In this document: positions 8,798 to 18,567 of the stretch, in pieces
How the letters are laid out: each line of letters starts with the position of its first letter
Position numbering within the stretch: the stretch's first letter is position 1
Assembly: GCA_964648855.1 (NCBI GenBank)
Contig: CAZYLT010000014.1
Location: 2,400 to 34,399, forward strand
Length of the DNA stretch: 32,000 bases
Reading direction: 5' to 3'
From: an uncultured archaeon
GTDB taxonomy: Archaea > Asgardarchaeota > Thorarchaeia > Thorarchaeales > Thorarchaeaceae
Translations under genes and position numbers: made by a program
The notes under the pieces: generated by a model
What the model saw: only the letters and a program-made list of their open reading frames with translations
Database searches by the model: none
Told to the model about the DNA's origin: nothing

Positions 8798-10549
8798 ATG
8801 TTCCTTGGACGAGTAAAAGAATATCCTGTTGATCAGATGATTGATGTGGCCTCTGGGCGCACTAGAGCAGATATTGTGCTCAAGAATGCATCAGTCGTGA
8901 ATGTATTCAACCGTGAAATTGAGTCGGGAGATGTTGCAATACACCAAGGTTTTGTGGCTGGTATTGGCGAATATGTTGGAAAGACAGTATATGATCTAGA
9001 CGGGAAGTATATCGCACCCTCATTCATTGACGGACACGTCCACGTTGAGTCTTCTTTGGTTATGCCGATTCAATACGCTCGTGCGGTTGTTCCTCATGGT
9101 ACAGGCGCAGTCATTGCAGACCCACACGAGATTGCAAACGTGCTTGGAATGGAAGGGATAATGTACATGTCCAAATCGATGCGAGGCGGGCCACTTGACT
9201 TCTACATCATGTTGCCTTCATGTGTTCCTTCTACAGAATTGGAAACAAATGGCGTCACTCTTGATTTTCTGGACATAAAGCCTCTGATGACAGAAGACTA
9301 TGTTCTGGGTCTTGCAGAGGCTATGAATTATAGAGGAGTGATTTTCAGAGACCCTGAGATTCTTTCCAAAATCAAAGTTGCATTATCTATGGGGAAACGA
9401 ATTGATGGTCATGCTCCAGGCTTGTCAGGAAATGACCTCATGGCTTATGCTGCTGCACGAATAACATCAGAGCACGAAGCGACCACACTAGAGGAGGCCA
9501 AAGAGAAGCTATCCGCTGGTATGCATATTCACATACGAGAGGGTTCTACTGCAAAGAACCTGACCTCCTTAGTCAAACTGATCACTCCGAGCACGGACTT
9601 ATTCTGCAGTTTTGTGACTGACGATCGTAACACTTTGGATTTGATATCCAAGGGCCACATCGATAGTATGGTTCGGCGAGCAATTGAAATGGGCGTTGAT
9701 CCTGTTTCAGCCATTAGAGTCGCTTCATACTCGACTGCCAGACATTATGGCCTACAATATATCGGAGCAGTCGCCCCTGGCTTCCATGCCGACGTGGTTG
9801 TCTTGGACTCGCTTGAGAATATTGATGTTGAAATGGTCTTCAAGGAGGGCACCCTAGTAGCAAAGGACGGAAAGCTAGTGCAAGAGTTCGGTGCCGAGCA
9901 GCAACCTCAACTTAGAAGATCTGTTAACATACACTGGTTAGAGCCCGAAGATCTTCAGATTAAGGCTAAAGGAAACCAAATGAATGTCATTGGTCACGTT
10001 GCTAATCAACTCGTGACAGAGCATCTTCTTGAAGAAGTCAATGAGTTAGATGGCATTGCAGTGCCAGATATCGATGAGGACATCGCCAAGGTTGCTATCA
10101 TCGAAAGGCATAACGCGACAATTCCACGAGGAATAGGATTTGTCAAGGGCTTTGGATTGAAAGAGGGCGCTATTGTGTCCTCCATAGCACACGATTCACA
10201 TAACATAGTCGTGGTCGGCACTAATGATCACGACATGATTGAAGCAGCTGTTCAGATAGTAAGAATGCAAGGGGGTCTCTCAGTGGTGCAAGATGGCACT
10301 GTGCTTTCGTCATTGCCTCTACCCATAGCCGGGCTCATGTCCGATCGTCCAGTAGAGGACGTTAGCAAGAAACTGATAGAACTCCGTGAGAAAGCAGAAA
10401 ACATTGGTTGCGTTCTTGAGGAGCCATTTATGGCAATGGCATTCCTCTCGTTGCCTGTGATTCCAAAACTCAAGATTACAGATAGAGGGCTAGTGGATGT
10501 TGAAAAATTCCGAATCATAGACCTTTTTGATACCGCAGATTATCAATAG
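8798..10549 (+). CDS. ade: Adenine deaminase (AdeC type)
   Basis: DGHVHVESS, DPHEIANV, IDGHAP, HEATT, REGS, VTDD, AHDSHN, LPLPIAGLMS. Confidence 0.95.
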   Translation: MFLGRVKEYPVDQMIDVASGRTRADIVLKNASVVNVFNREIESGDVAIHQGFVAGIGEYVGKTVYDLDGKYIAPSFIDGHVHVESSLVMPIQYARAVVPHGTGAVIADPHEIANVLGMEGIMYMSKSMRGGPLDFYIMLPSCVPSTELETNGVTLDFLDIKPLMTEDYVLGLAEAMNYRGVIFRDPEILSKIKVALSMGKRIDGHAPGLSGNDLMAYAAARITSEHEATTLEEAKEKLSAGMHIHIREGSTAKNLTSLVKLITPSTDLFCSFVTDDRNTLDLISKGHIDSMVRRAIEMGVDPVSAIRVASYSTARHYGLQYIGAVAPGFHADVVVLDSLENIDVEMVFKEGTLVAKDGKLVQEFGAEQQPQLRRSVNIHWLEPEDLQIKAKGNQMNVIGHVANQLVTEHLLEEVNELDGIAVPDIDEDIAKVAIIERHNATIPRGIGFVKGFGLKEGAIVSSIAHDSHNIVVVGTNDHDMIEAAVQIVRMQGGLSVVQDGTVLSSLPLPIAGLMSDRPVEDVSKKLIELREKAENIGCVLEEPFMAMAFLSLPVIPKLKITDRGLVDVEKFRIIDLFDTADYQ

Positions 10550-10566
10550 GTTACTTGCTCATCTTC

Positions 10567-11400
10567 CTACCACGCATCACCTTCGCCAGTCAATCCCAAT
10601 TCCTTTCTTGCATGCTTGATTTGTCTTCGTTTCTTGAATCCAGTATGAATAGCTAGAGTAGAACCAATCAGAATCATCAATGCACTCACGCCGAAGGCGA
10701 TTAGTAATGTGAGCGGATATTCTCTCATCGGATAGTTTAGAAGATTGAAATGTATGCCTCGGTAGATGAGAAATGCTACCTCTAGTATTAATAGAACAAA
10801 GAGCACCAGTCCCGCACTCAATTGCCTCTCATGCACATAAACTTGAAGAGCTGTTTGAAGAAGCAACGCTGAGAGCAAATTGCCCAGAATCATCATAATT
10901 ATGACTTGGTCACCTCTGACGAACCAATATGGTATATTTGGCGGATCCGCGAAACCCCAAGTAGTGAAGTACTGGATATACAGCATGGTAATGACGAATA
11001 TGAGTTCAAAAATCATCATTAGAACCGACCCTAGACCTGTAACTCGCAGGATCTTGTTATCGATTGAATCTGCCCAATCCATGTTGGTGAGGCGTTGGTA
11101 CTCTTGATTCAAGGGTTGAGCCCAACTGCTTTCCCGTCTACACTCATCTTTGAAACAGTTGACAATTGTAAAGAGCTTGCCGCCATAATCTGCAACGCGT
11201 TTCTCCATGCAGTCTTCGCAGACTAAATCTCCACAGACATGACAGACACCCTTCGCCAATCTATCTGGATGATTAACACAATTCCTGCCTTGGTCGGCAC
11301 CCAAAACGGGACTATTGCAATACGTACATCGACTGACTTGGTCTTTGCTTGAAAATTCGACCTTGCCACCACAAACCGGACACATTACATGAACCTGCAT
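10567..11400 (-). CDS. Membrane protein with N-terminal Zn ribbon + B-box-type zinc finger and ~4 TM helices
   Basis: CPVC-x14-CTYC; CVNH-x8-CHVC-x4-CEDC...CFKDEC; hydrophobic C-terminal half. Confidence 0.75.
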   Translation of the reverse strand: MQVHVMCPVCGGKVEFSSKDQVSRCTYCNSPVLGADQGRNCVNHPDRLAKGVCHVCGDLVCEDCMEKRVADYGGKLFTIVNCFKDECRRESSWAQPLNQEYQRLTNMDWADSIDNKILRVTGLGSVLMMIFELIFVITMLYIQYFTTWGFADPPNIPYWFVRGDQVIIMMILGNLLSALLLQTALQVYVHERQLSAGLVLFVLLILEVAFLIYRGIHFNLLNYPMREYPLTLLIAFGVSALMILIGSTLAIHTGFKKRRQIKHARKELGLTGEGDAW

Positions 11401-11404
11401 GACA

Positions 11405-12841
11405 TCACGTCCTGAAAAAGCCCTCCGCAGGAGCTCTTTCTTTCTCGCGGCTTTTATTAACCCAGCTCCTGGAATCCTCTCTGAGAACTGATTCCTTCTT
11501 CTCTACATGCTTACCAAGCCGAATACCTTCTTCTCTTGCTTTGTTTAATGAAAGGAAATCTGTATGTCTGATTATTTTGACTGCTTCGATTGTAATTCCA
11601 ATCAACCCAGCATAGAAGAGGACTGGTATAATGACAATGCCTCCTAGAAGCATTAGTAGAGCAACTACAATTGGAACTGCGACAACAATGATGATGAGCA
11701 CCAACAAAAATGCAGCTGCATCATCGCGATTTCCTCCACTTCGTTTACCACCTGATTTTCCCATTTGAGCCGCAAATCGGAGCCCCCAGTATAGAACCCA
11801 TTTCATAGCTGAAGCGTATTTCCTCAAAAAGCTGGCATACATCCTGCCAATTTTGGCAAAACGACCGCTGGCCTTACCAAATAGCTCGTCTATGGGAATC
11901 ACCAAGGATGTTGTCGTGACAGCAGGTCGATACCGCCCCTCAAAGCACTTCTTGCACAGGAACACCATCGAGCCCTCCCATTTTTCATCAACAGGAGGCT
12001 CCTGTGCGGTCAGACATTCTCTACAATAGAAGTCGCCACAGACTGCACACTTGGTAGCAGCCAGAAGGTTTGGATGATTTTCACAGGGCACAAAGACGCT
12101 TGAAACTCCTAGTTGTACGCCACAATAGTTACATTTTACAGTGTTATCTTCTCGTATCTCCTCAATCGGTGTCGCACCACCACAGTTTGAGCAGAGGATG
12201 GCCATGCCCTCCTCGGTTTCCAATCTGCGAACATCCAGAATATGCCTGCTATCTTCTTCTGAGAGGACTGTTTCACCGTCTGGGCCAACGAGCCTTGTTT
12301 CCATAGGTGATGGAATTGTCCCGCGTTCAATGAGCTCAGCTCGAGCCTTGTCTCGTTCTATCATCGCATCCGCTGGGGGTGCCACTGTACTCCACATAGC
12401 TATCAGATAGAGGGCAAAAATCGCTTCGAGTCCCAATATTGCAGCAGCTAAGTTGCCGATAAATACGTCAAATGAAAAATCAAACCAAGGGAATGTCCAG
12501 TGATAATCCAAGCCAAATTCCCAAAGAAACCAAGCCGCAATTACGGCTGAAGCTAGACTGTATATTATCTGAGCGATAACTGCCTTTCTTCGGAGATCAT
12601 CAACGTAGTTTCCGATAACAAGACATGGTATTGCTACACCAACAAAAAGCAGAATCGAATAGATGTAACCCACATCTGCAAGCTGAGGAACCCCTTGCCA
12701 TGTCGCTACCACCAGTCCCAGTGAGCCTAGGAGGCCAAAGATGCCAAATAGCATTTGGGTGAGACCAATAAAGCGCAAGGCTCTGGGCCTATCTAATATT
12801 GTGTCAATTTTGTTTTCTTCTTCAGGCAATCTCCTCACCAT
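11405..12841 (-). CDS. Membrane protein: ~4 TM, Zn ribbon + B-box-type zinc finger, C-terminal TM segment
   Basis: CSNC-x16-CNYC; CENH-x8-CAVC-x4-CREC...CKKC. Start uncertain within 12829-12850. Confidence 0.75.
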   Translation of the reverse strand: MVRRLPEEENKIDTILDRPRALRFIGLTQMLFGIFGLLGSLGLVVATWQGVPQLADVGYIYSILLFVGVAIPCLVIGNYVDDLRRKAVIAQIIYSLASAVIAAWFLWEFGLDYHWTFPWFDFSFDVFIGNLAAAILGLEAIFALYLIAMWSTVAPPADAMIERDKARAELIERGTIPSPMETRLVGPDGETVLSEEDSRHILDVRRLETEEGMAILCSNCGGATPIEEIREDNTVKCNYCGVQLGVSSVFVPCENHPNLLAATKCAVCGDFYCRECLTAQEPPVDEKWEGSMVFLCKKCFEGRYRPAVTTTSLVIPIDELFGKASGRFAKIGRMYASFLRKYASAMKWVLYWGLRFAAQMGKSGGKRSGGNRDDAAAFLLVLIIIVVAVPIVVALLMLLGGIVIIPVLFYAGLIGITIEAVKIIRHTDFLSLNKAREEGIRLGKHVEKKESVLREDSRSWVNKSREKERAPAEGFFRT

Positions 12842-12879
12842 GCAGAACACACTAGATTAGTTCCGTTGTACTGCTTGGA

Positions 12880-13815
12880 CTACACCTTTTTACTCTTTAC
12901 GGATAAGTTCTGCTGTGGTTTTTCATTGGGCGAGAAGCTGACAATACCAACTCCTGAAATGACCAGTACCAACCCTACCATAAAGGTCCAGTAGAAGGGT
13001 TCTTGAAGTATGAGAAGAGAAAATAGAGTTCCAAACACGGGGACGAAATTTATGAATCCGCCTGACTGCGTTGCTCCAATTTCCTTTACGGAGATGAAGT
13101 ATAGAAGGAATCCAATGAAGGTAACTGCTATGCCAAGATACGCCACATTTCCCCAGAATACTAAATTGCTGAATGATGATAAATTCCATGGCTGCTCGAA
13201 TAGCATGGCTACTCCAAAGAATGAAGCACCAATAGCACTACCACCCGCATTTGCCTCCAGGGGCGTAACCTTCTTCATTGCCTCCTTTCCGATTGAAGAA
13301 TAGAGGCCCCACAATATCATTCCTGCAAGAATAATCACATTTCCGAGAAGATAGTCCAGGCGAAAATCTAGTAACGCCTGTACTCCAACCACAAAAATCA
13401 CTCCCGCGAAACTGAGTGCGAAACCTACATACTGCCATTTTCTTACAAGCTTCTCTTTGTGAATCATCGCTGCAAAAATGCTCGTGGTGACAGGGTTGAA
13501 TCCTGCTATTATGGAGCCCTGTGCTGCTGTAGTAAATCTCATCCCTGTGAGAAAGAGAACTCCGTAGCCAAAGATGCCAGTCGCTCCGAGGAGCAAGAAT
13601 AGTTTAATATTTCGTTTCTTAAACAGATTCTGAATCGTTCCCTCAGATATCCTAAGTGCAATGATAAATAGAACGGCTGCGATTAAGAATCTGAAGAATC
13701 CAATGGTCATTGGAGGTGCTACTTCTACCACAACTTTGGCTGAAACCCAAGAGCCTCCCCAAGCAACCATGGCTACCATCAGGCCAACGTAATATTTCAG
13801 ATTGCTGTTAGGCAT
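12880..13815 (-). CDS. DMT/EamA family transporter
   Basis: AWGGSWVSAK, FFRFLIA, about 10 TM helices in two repeats, FINFVPVFG. Confidence 0.92.
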   Translation of the reverse strand: MPNSNLKYYVGLMVAMVAWGGSWVSAKVVVEVAPPMTIGFFRFLIAAVLFIIALRISEGTIQNLFKKRNIKLFLLLGATGIFGYGVLFLTGMRFTTAAQGSIIAGFNPVTTSIFAAMIHKEKLVRKWQYVGFALSFAGVIFVVGVQALLDFRLDYLLGNVIILAGMILWGLYSSIGKEAMKKVTPLEANAGGSAIGASFFGVAMLFEQPWNLSSFSNLVFWGNVAYLGIAVTFIGFLLYFISVKEIGATQSGGFINFVPVFGTLFSLLILQEPFYWTFMVGLVLVISGVGIVSFSPNEKPQQNLSVKSKKV

Positions 13816-13962
13816 GTTCCTTAGACTCCAAGGGTGTGACGGCACAGATGAAGGATGTATTAAAGCGATTCATTTGAACATCATTCCAATGGATTTTCAC
13901 GAATCGAAGTATTGATATACGGTTGTTCGAATCTCAAGCACAGACGAAAGAGGTTTTCAACT

Positions 13963-14382
13963 TTGAGTGACGATGAGTTGGCGGAGATTAGACGTCGTAA
14001 AATTGAACGACTCAAACAGATGGCTGCAGAACCTGCGGTCAAAGAGCCACTAGCAAATGGTAGTGTCAACTTATTGACAGATGCAAATTTCTGGAACACC
14101 ATTCAGAAGACAAAGACCGCAGTAGTTGACTTCTTTGGCACATGGTGCAATCCATGCAAGGCATTAGCACCCATATTTCAACAATTGGCACAGGACTACA
14201 AAGGAGACGTATTTTTCGCCAAGATTGATATTGATCGCAATCCTCGTATCACTGCACAGTTTGGGGTTCAGTCAGTCCCCATGGTGGTAGTATTCAAAAA
14301 CGGGAAACCTGCGGGCGATCTTCCTGGGCTCCGAAGGTATGCAGACTACGATATGGTAATTCAACAATTGCTAGAGACTTAG
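13963..14382 (+). CDS. trxA: Thioredoxin with archaeal-type N-terminal helix
   Basis: VDFFGTWCNPCK, FGVQSVP. Likely TTG start giving MSDDELAEIRRRKIERL. Confidence 0.9.
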   Translation: MSDDELAEIRRRKIERLKQMAAEPAVKEPLANGSVNLLTDANFWNTIQKTKTAVVDFFGTWCNPCKALAPIFQQLAQDYKGDVFFAKIDIDRNPRITAQFGVQSVPMVVVFKNGKPAGDLPGLRRYADYDMVIQQLLET

Positions 14383-14426
14383 TGCTATCAACTGTATCCA
14401 TGTTGATAAGCTGCAGAATGGAATAC

Positions 14427-15068
14427 TCACTTCGTCAAAATAGACGCGATTTTGACGGCATCTTGGGCATCTTTGGCGTATCCATCTGCTTCTATAGAAT
14501 CCGCGAAGTCTTGAGTGATTGGACCGCCTCCAACCATGGTCTTTACTGGGATATTTCTTTTACGAATATCTTCGATTACCTTCTTCATTGAGTCCATGGA
14601 CGTAGTCATCAGTGCAGAAATCGCAACTATATCAGCTTCTTCCTTCAGAGCAACGTCACCGAAATTGCTCAGGGGAACATCTTCTCCTAGATTTATGACA
14701 TCGAAGCCTGCGGCGCCAAGCATAGATGCGACAAGATTTTTTCCAAGGGAATGGATATCTCCCTGGCATGTTCCGATAACAATAGTACCCTTGGCCTCAA
14801 TATCAGTATCCTTTAACTTGGGTTTAATAACGGTCATCGCAGCCTCGAACGCCCTTGCTGACATCAGCATTTCTGGTATGAAATACTCTCCATTTTGATA
14901 GAGATCTCCAACCTCTGACATGGCCTTGCTGCAGCCATCTATAACAATCTTGAAGGGCGGAATTTCTGAGTCTAACGCCCTTTCTGCTTCTCTGGCAGCT
15001 TCCTCTCGATTTCCCTCTACTATTGCTTCAATTAATGATTGCATGTTTGTTTTTGATGCCATTGTCAT
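14427..15068 (-). CDS. Methyltransferase cognate corrinoid protein (MtaC/MttC-like)
   Basis: Cap domain (GEYFIPEML), B12-binding DIHSLGKNLV, SALMTTSM, MVGGGP. Confidence 0.93.
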   Translation of the reverse strand: MTMASKTNMQSLIEAIVEGNREEAAREAERALDSEIPPFKIVIDGCSKAMSEVGDLYQNGEYFIPEMLMSARAFEAAMTVIKPKLKDTDIEAKGTIVIGTCQGDIHSLGKNLVASMLGAAGFDVINLGEDVPLSNFGDVALKEEADIVAISALMTTSMDSMKKVIEDIRKRNIPVKTMVGGGPITQDFADSIEADGYAKDAQDAVKIASILTK

Positions 15069-15169
15069 AATCCCTCTAGATGCGCACCTTTATCAAGTAT
15101 TCATTCACTGACGCTATTAAATCCAAGTTAAACCAATAATAAAGTGCTCGGTCTGGTAGGGAGAATCTA

Positions 15170-16180
15170 ATGACATCAACAGGATTGGAATTGATACGCA
15201 AAACACTTACACATCATGAACCAGAACGAGTTCCGATATTGCCTCTGGTTGGGCTGTTTGCTTCAAGAATTGCAAATGTACCAATCTCTGAAATGTTGCA
15301 TAATCCTGCCAAACAAAGCCAAGCCCTGTTGGAGGCTAGAGAGAAGTTTGGATATGACGGAGTCTTCAATGTCATGGATTTGACACTGGAGGCTGAAGCA
15401 TTAGGAGCAGAGGTAGTATTCGACAAGGGTGGATTTCCATATGTTAAGAAACACCCCTTGGATTCATTTGATGATTTGAATGCCTTAGAATTGCCTCCAA
15501 TTTCCAGTACAAGATTACAGGTTTTTGTGGAAAGTAGCAAGGAGCTGTTTCTTGAGATTGGCGATACGCAACTTGTCAGTAGCTACATAATTGGGCCATT
15601 CACTCTAGCTGGACATTTGTTTGGGATAGAGAAACTTCTAACTGCAACATTTGAAAATCCGGATGAAGTAGACGAGGCTATTGAGAATTGTGCTAGGATT
15701 TTGACGCCTTACCTGAGAGAGCTCCTTGACACAGGCTCACATAATATCGTGATCTTGGAACCCAGTGCAAGCAATAGCATCATTTCACCGGCATACTTTG
15801 AGAGATTTTCGGCACCACACATAGAACGTATGAATGGTATAATACATTCCGAAGACGCGTATGCAACTCTACATATCTGTGGAGATACTAACAGAATGAT
15901 GCGAGCAATGACTGATACAAATGCTGATGCCCTGAGTATTGATTCTGCAGTTGACTTACAAGCGGCGAAGAAAATTGTTGAAACGAAATCAACGCTCATT
16001 GGTAGTGTTGATACCACTCTTCTTCTGAAGGGCAGCATAGAGCAGGTGCGAAAAGCCGCGCTAACATGTATCAAAGATGCTGCGAAAGGCGGTGGATATA
16101 TACTGAGCAGTGGATGCGACTTTGCTATAGAAACACCCACGGATAATCTGTCCTCACTCGTTGAAACCGTATTTATCTAG
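15170..16180 (+). CDS. MtaA/CmuA-family (UroD superfamily) corrinoid methyltransferase
   Basis: EAEALGA, GPFTLA, EPSASNSIISP, Zn ligands LHICG...SSGCD. Confidence 0.85.
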   Translation: MTSTGLELIRKTLTHHEPERVPILPLVGLFASRIANVPISEMLHNPAKQSQALLEAREKFGYDGVFNVMDLTLEAEALGAEVVFDKGGFPYVKKHPLDSFDDLNALELPPISSTRLQVFVESSKELFLEIGDTQLVSSYIIGPFTLAGHLFGIEKLLTATFENPDEVDEAIENCARILTPYLRELLDTGSHNIVILEPSASNSIISPAYFERFSAPHIERMNGIIHSEDAYATLHICGDTNRMMRAMTDTNADALSIDSAVDLQAAKKIVETKSTLIGSVDTTLLLKGSIEQVRKAALTCIKDAAKGGGYILSSGCDFAIETPTDNLSSLVETVFI

Positions 16181-16229
16181 ATGAAAGATTTGGTGTCACG
16201 ATTGTTTGGTGATTGGGAGAGAGATATTA

Positions 16230-17855
16230 TTGGTTGATACGGAACTCATTCTGGAGCCTTCGGGTTTGAGAATAGTTGTTGACACTAATGAGACGATTAT
16301 GGATGCAATTCGAGCAGCTGGTCAATATTTGCCCTCTGATTGTGCAGGACGTGGAACCTGTGGGAAATGCAAAGTCGTGGTAAACCCCATACCTGAACCT
16401 AGCGCTTCGGACTTGGAGCTGCTCAGTATCTCCGACATAAGAGATGGTACGCGTCTAGCGTGTCAACACAAAGTTGGGACTGCCAAAAGAGTAGGGATTC
16501 CTAGTCAATCTATCAGTGCGCAGATTCTCACGGATTCGCTGATGTCTGAGCGTGTTGAAGCTGATCTCGGTGATACAAATGATATTGGTGTAGCCATAGA
16601 CATAGGAACAACAACTATTGTGTGCTATTTCATGAATATGGGTACAGGAATTCAGCTGGGTCAAAAGAGCGCAATTAACCCGCAAATTGTGCATGGTGAG
16701 GATGTCATGAGCCGTCTTACCTATGCGATTGAGAATCCAGAAGGGTCCACTGAACTTCAAGAACAAATTTGGTCAAAGGTAGAAGAGCTCGTTGATTCAT
16801 TTCTCGATGAAAGAGATATTGACCCTCGAAGCATCATAGCTGGGTCCGCTGTTGGCAACACAGCCATGCAATACTTAGCTCTAGGATATGATGTTCAGTC
16901 ACTAGCCATGGCACCCTATATTCCACATAAGAAAGAATCAACATTGGTCAGAGGTACTGAAATCGGATTGAGTCGGTTCTTCAATGTATCAATATACTTC
17001 TCGCCTGTTGTTGCGGGCTTTGTCGGTGGTGATGCGCTAGCCTTTATGTTATCTCGACGAATGGAGGGTTCTTCGGGCATTTCCATGGGCATCGATATAG
17101 GCACAAATGGAGAGATGTTGCTTTCAAAGCATGGAGAGATATTCTGCTGTTCAGCGGCAGCCGGTCCGGCTTTTGAAGGAGCAAGAATAAAAGATGGAAT
17201 GCGAGCGCAAAAAGGAGCTATAGAATATGCGAATATAAGAGATATTCAAAGCACTCCTGACATCGGTGTCATCGGAAATGTGCCACCTGAGGGCATATGC
17301 GGGTCCGGAGTTCTAGATATTGTGGCAGAACTGCGCAAGATAGGTCAAATTGATGAAACAGGGCGCATTCTTGAAGGACCAAGAGTGGATGATGTCAGCA
17401 AACACGGACGCATATATAGAGTCGTGAAGCTGGGCGAAGGGAACGCTAAGAGGGAAATCATTCTCACCCAGAAAGATGTACGACAAGTTCAGTTGGCAAA
17501 GGCCGCAATCAGAGCAGGAACTGAAATCCTCCTTTCCAAGGCTAGTTTGAATTCATCCGATATTGATACCCTGTTCTTAGCAGGTGCATTTGGAAATTAC
17601 ATGAGACCTGAAAGTGCACTCAATATTGGTTTACTACCACCAGTAAGCTCGGATAAGGTAATCCCGGTGGGAAATGCTGCTGGTGCGGGTGCAAAAAGAA
17701 TCTTGGTATCCTCAAGTGAAAGACAGCGAATAGAAATGGTAGCACAAGAAGCACATTATGTGGAATTGGCAAATGCTGACGGATTCAATTCTCTATTTGC
17801 GAGTTGTACACGTTTGACGTCTGAGATTGTTGACCTGGAGCTCAAGAGAAAATGA
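16230..17855 (+). CDS. ATP-dependent reductive activator of corrinoid proteins (RamA/RACo-like; 2Fe-2S + ASKHA)
   Basis: CAGRGTCGKC...RLAC ferredoxin domain, DIGTTT, GEDVMSR, DIGTNGE, AGPAFEG, GICGSG, LAGAFG, GNAA. Start approximate (ORF opens at 16206). Confidence 0.92.
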   Translation: MVDTELILEPSGLRIVVDTNETIMDAIRAAGQYLPSDCAGRGTCGKCKVVVNPIPEPSASDLELLSISDIRDGTRLACQHKVGTAKRVGIPSQSISAQILTDSLMSERVEADLGDTNDIGVAIDIGTTTIVCYFMNMGTGIQLGQKSAINPQIVHGEDVMSRLTYAIENPEGSTELQEQIWSKVEELVDSFLDERDIDPRSIIAGSAVGNTAMQYLALGYDVQSLAMAPYIPHKKESTLVRGTEIGLSRFFNVSIYFSPVVAGFVGGDALAFMLSRRMEGSSGISMGIDIGTNGEMLLSKHGEIFCCSAAAGPAFEGARIKDGMRAQKGAIEYANIRDIQSTPDIGVIGNVPPEGICGSGVLDIVAELRKIGQIDETGRILEGPRVDDVSKHGRIYRVVKLGEGNAKREIILTQKDVRQVQLAKAAIRAGTEILLSKASLNSSDIDTLFLAGAFGNYMRPESALNIGLLPPVSSDKVIPVGNAAGAGAKRILVSSSERQRIEMVAQEAHYVELANADGFNSLFASCTRLTSEIVDLELKRK

Positions 17856-17904
17856 ATAACACAGAAGTTTGCTACTCCTGCATCATTCTTTCAGGTCTCT
17901 CTTG

Positions 17905-18555
17905 TCACTTCTTGTGTTCCGCTATAACAGATAGAAATGCTTCCACATTCTCGGTTATCTTGCCGAAATCTCCAGCTGCAATGGCCTTTTTGTCCGTGAT
18001 AGAACTTCCAACACCCAATGCAAAGGCACCCGCATCCAATAGTGGTCCAGCTGTATCTATATTAACCCCGCCAGTCGGAATAACAGGAACTTGTGGAAGT
18101 GGTGCTTTTACTGCCTTGATATAAGAGGCACCTCCCAGATTCCCGCATGGGAATACCTTTACGGCATCTGCTCCCATGGTATACGCTTCAAGAATCTCCG
18201 TTGGCGTAACGGCGCCTGGAAAGACCGGCTTTGAGTATCTTCGAGTAGTTTCTATCAAATCCCTCGAATATATGGGACTAACAATGAACTCACTTCCAGC
18301 GAGAATAGCTTGTCGGGCAGTTGCACCATCTAGGACTGTCCCGGTTCCGATCAGCACCTTATCTCCCAATTTTTCAGACAATTCCTTGACAACATCTACT
18401 GCACCAGGAACACTGAATGTCACTTCAATTATTGAAACTCCTCCATCCAAGAATGCGTCAGCTACTCTTAGGGCGGTCTCACTAGAGTCTACTCTGATGA
18501 TAGGAATCAGGGCGGTCTTTTCTATCAAATTCATAGCTTCATGCTTATTCCACAC
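17905..18555 (-). CDS. eda: KDPG/KHG aldolase (bacterial-type class I)
   Basis: IPIIR, IEVT, GTGTV, FIVSP, TPTEI, VKVFP (Schiff-base Lys), PTGGV. Confidence 0.93.
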   Translation of the reverse strand: MWNKHEAMNLIEKTALIPIIRVDSSETALRVADAFLDGGVSIIEVTFSVPGAVDVVKELSEKLGDKVLIGTGTVLDGATARQAILAGSEFIVSPIYSRDLIETTRRYSKPVFPGAVTPTEILEAYTMGADAVKVFPCGNLGGASYIKAVKAPLPQVPVIPTGGVNIDTAGPLLDAGAFALGVGSSITDKKAIAAGDFGKITENVEAFLSVIAEHKK

Positions 18556-18567
18556 GTCTAACCACCT

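Noticed and set aside
16178-16237. Pyrrolysine readthrough of the TAG ending the MtaA-like gene
   Set aside because: The protein is already full length, MtaA-family enzymes are not known Pyl proteins, and the extension is short and overlaps the next gene start.
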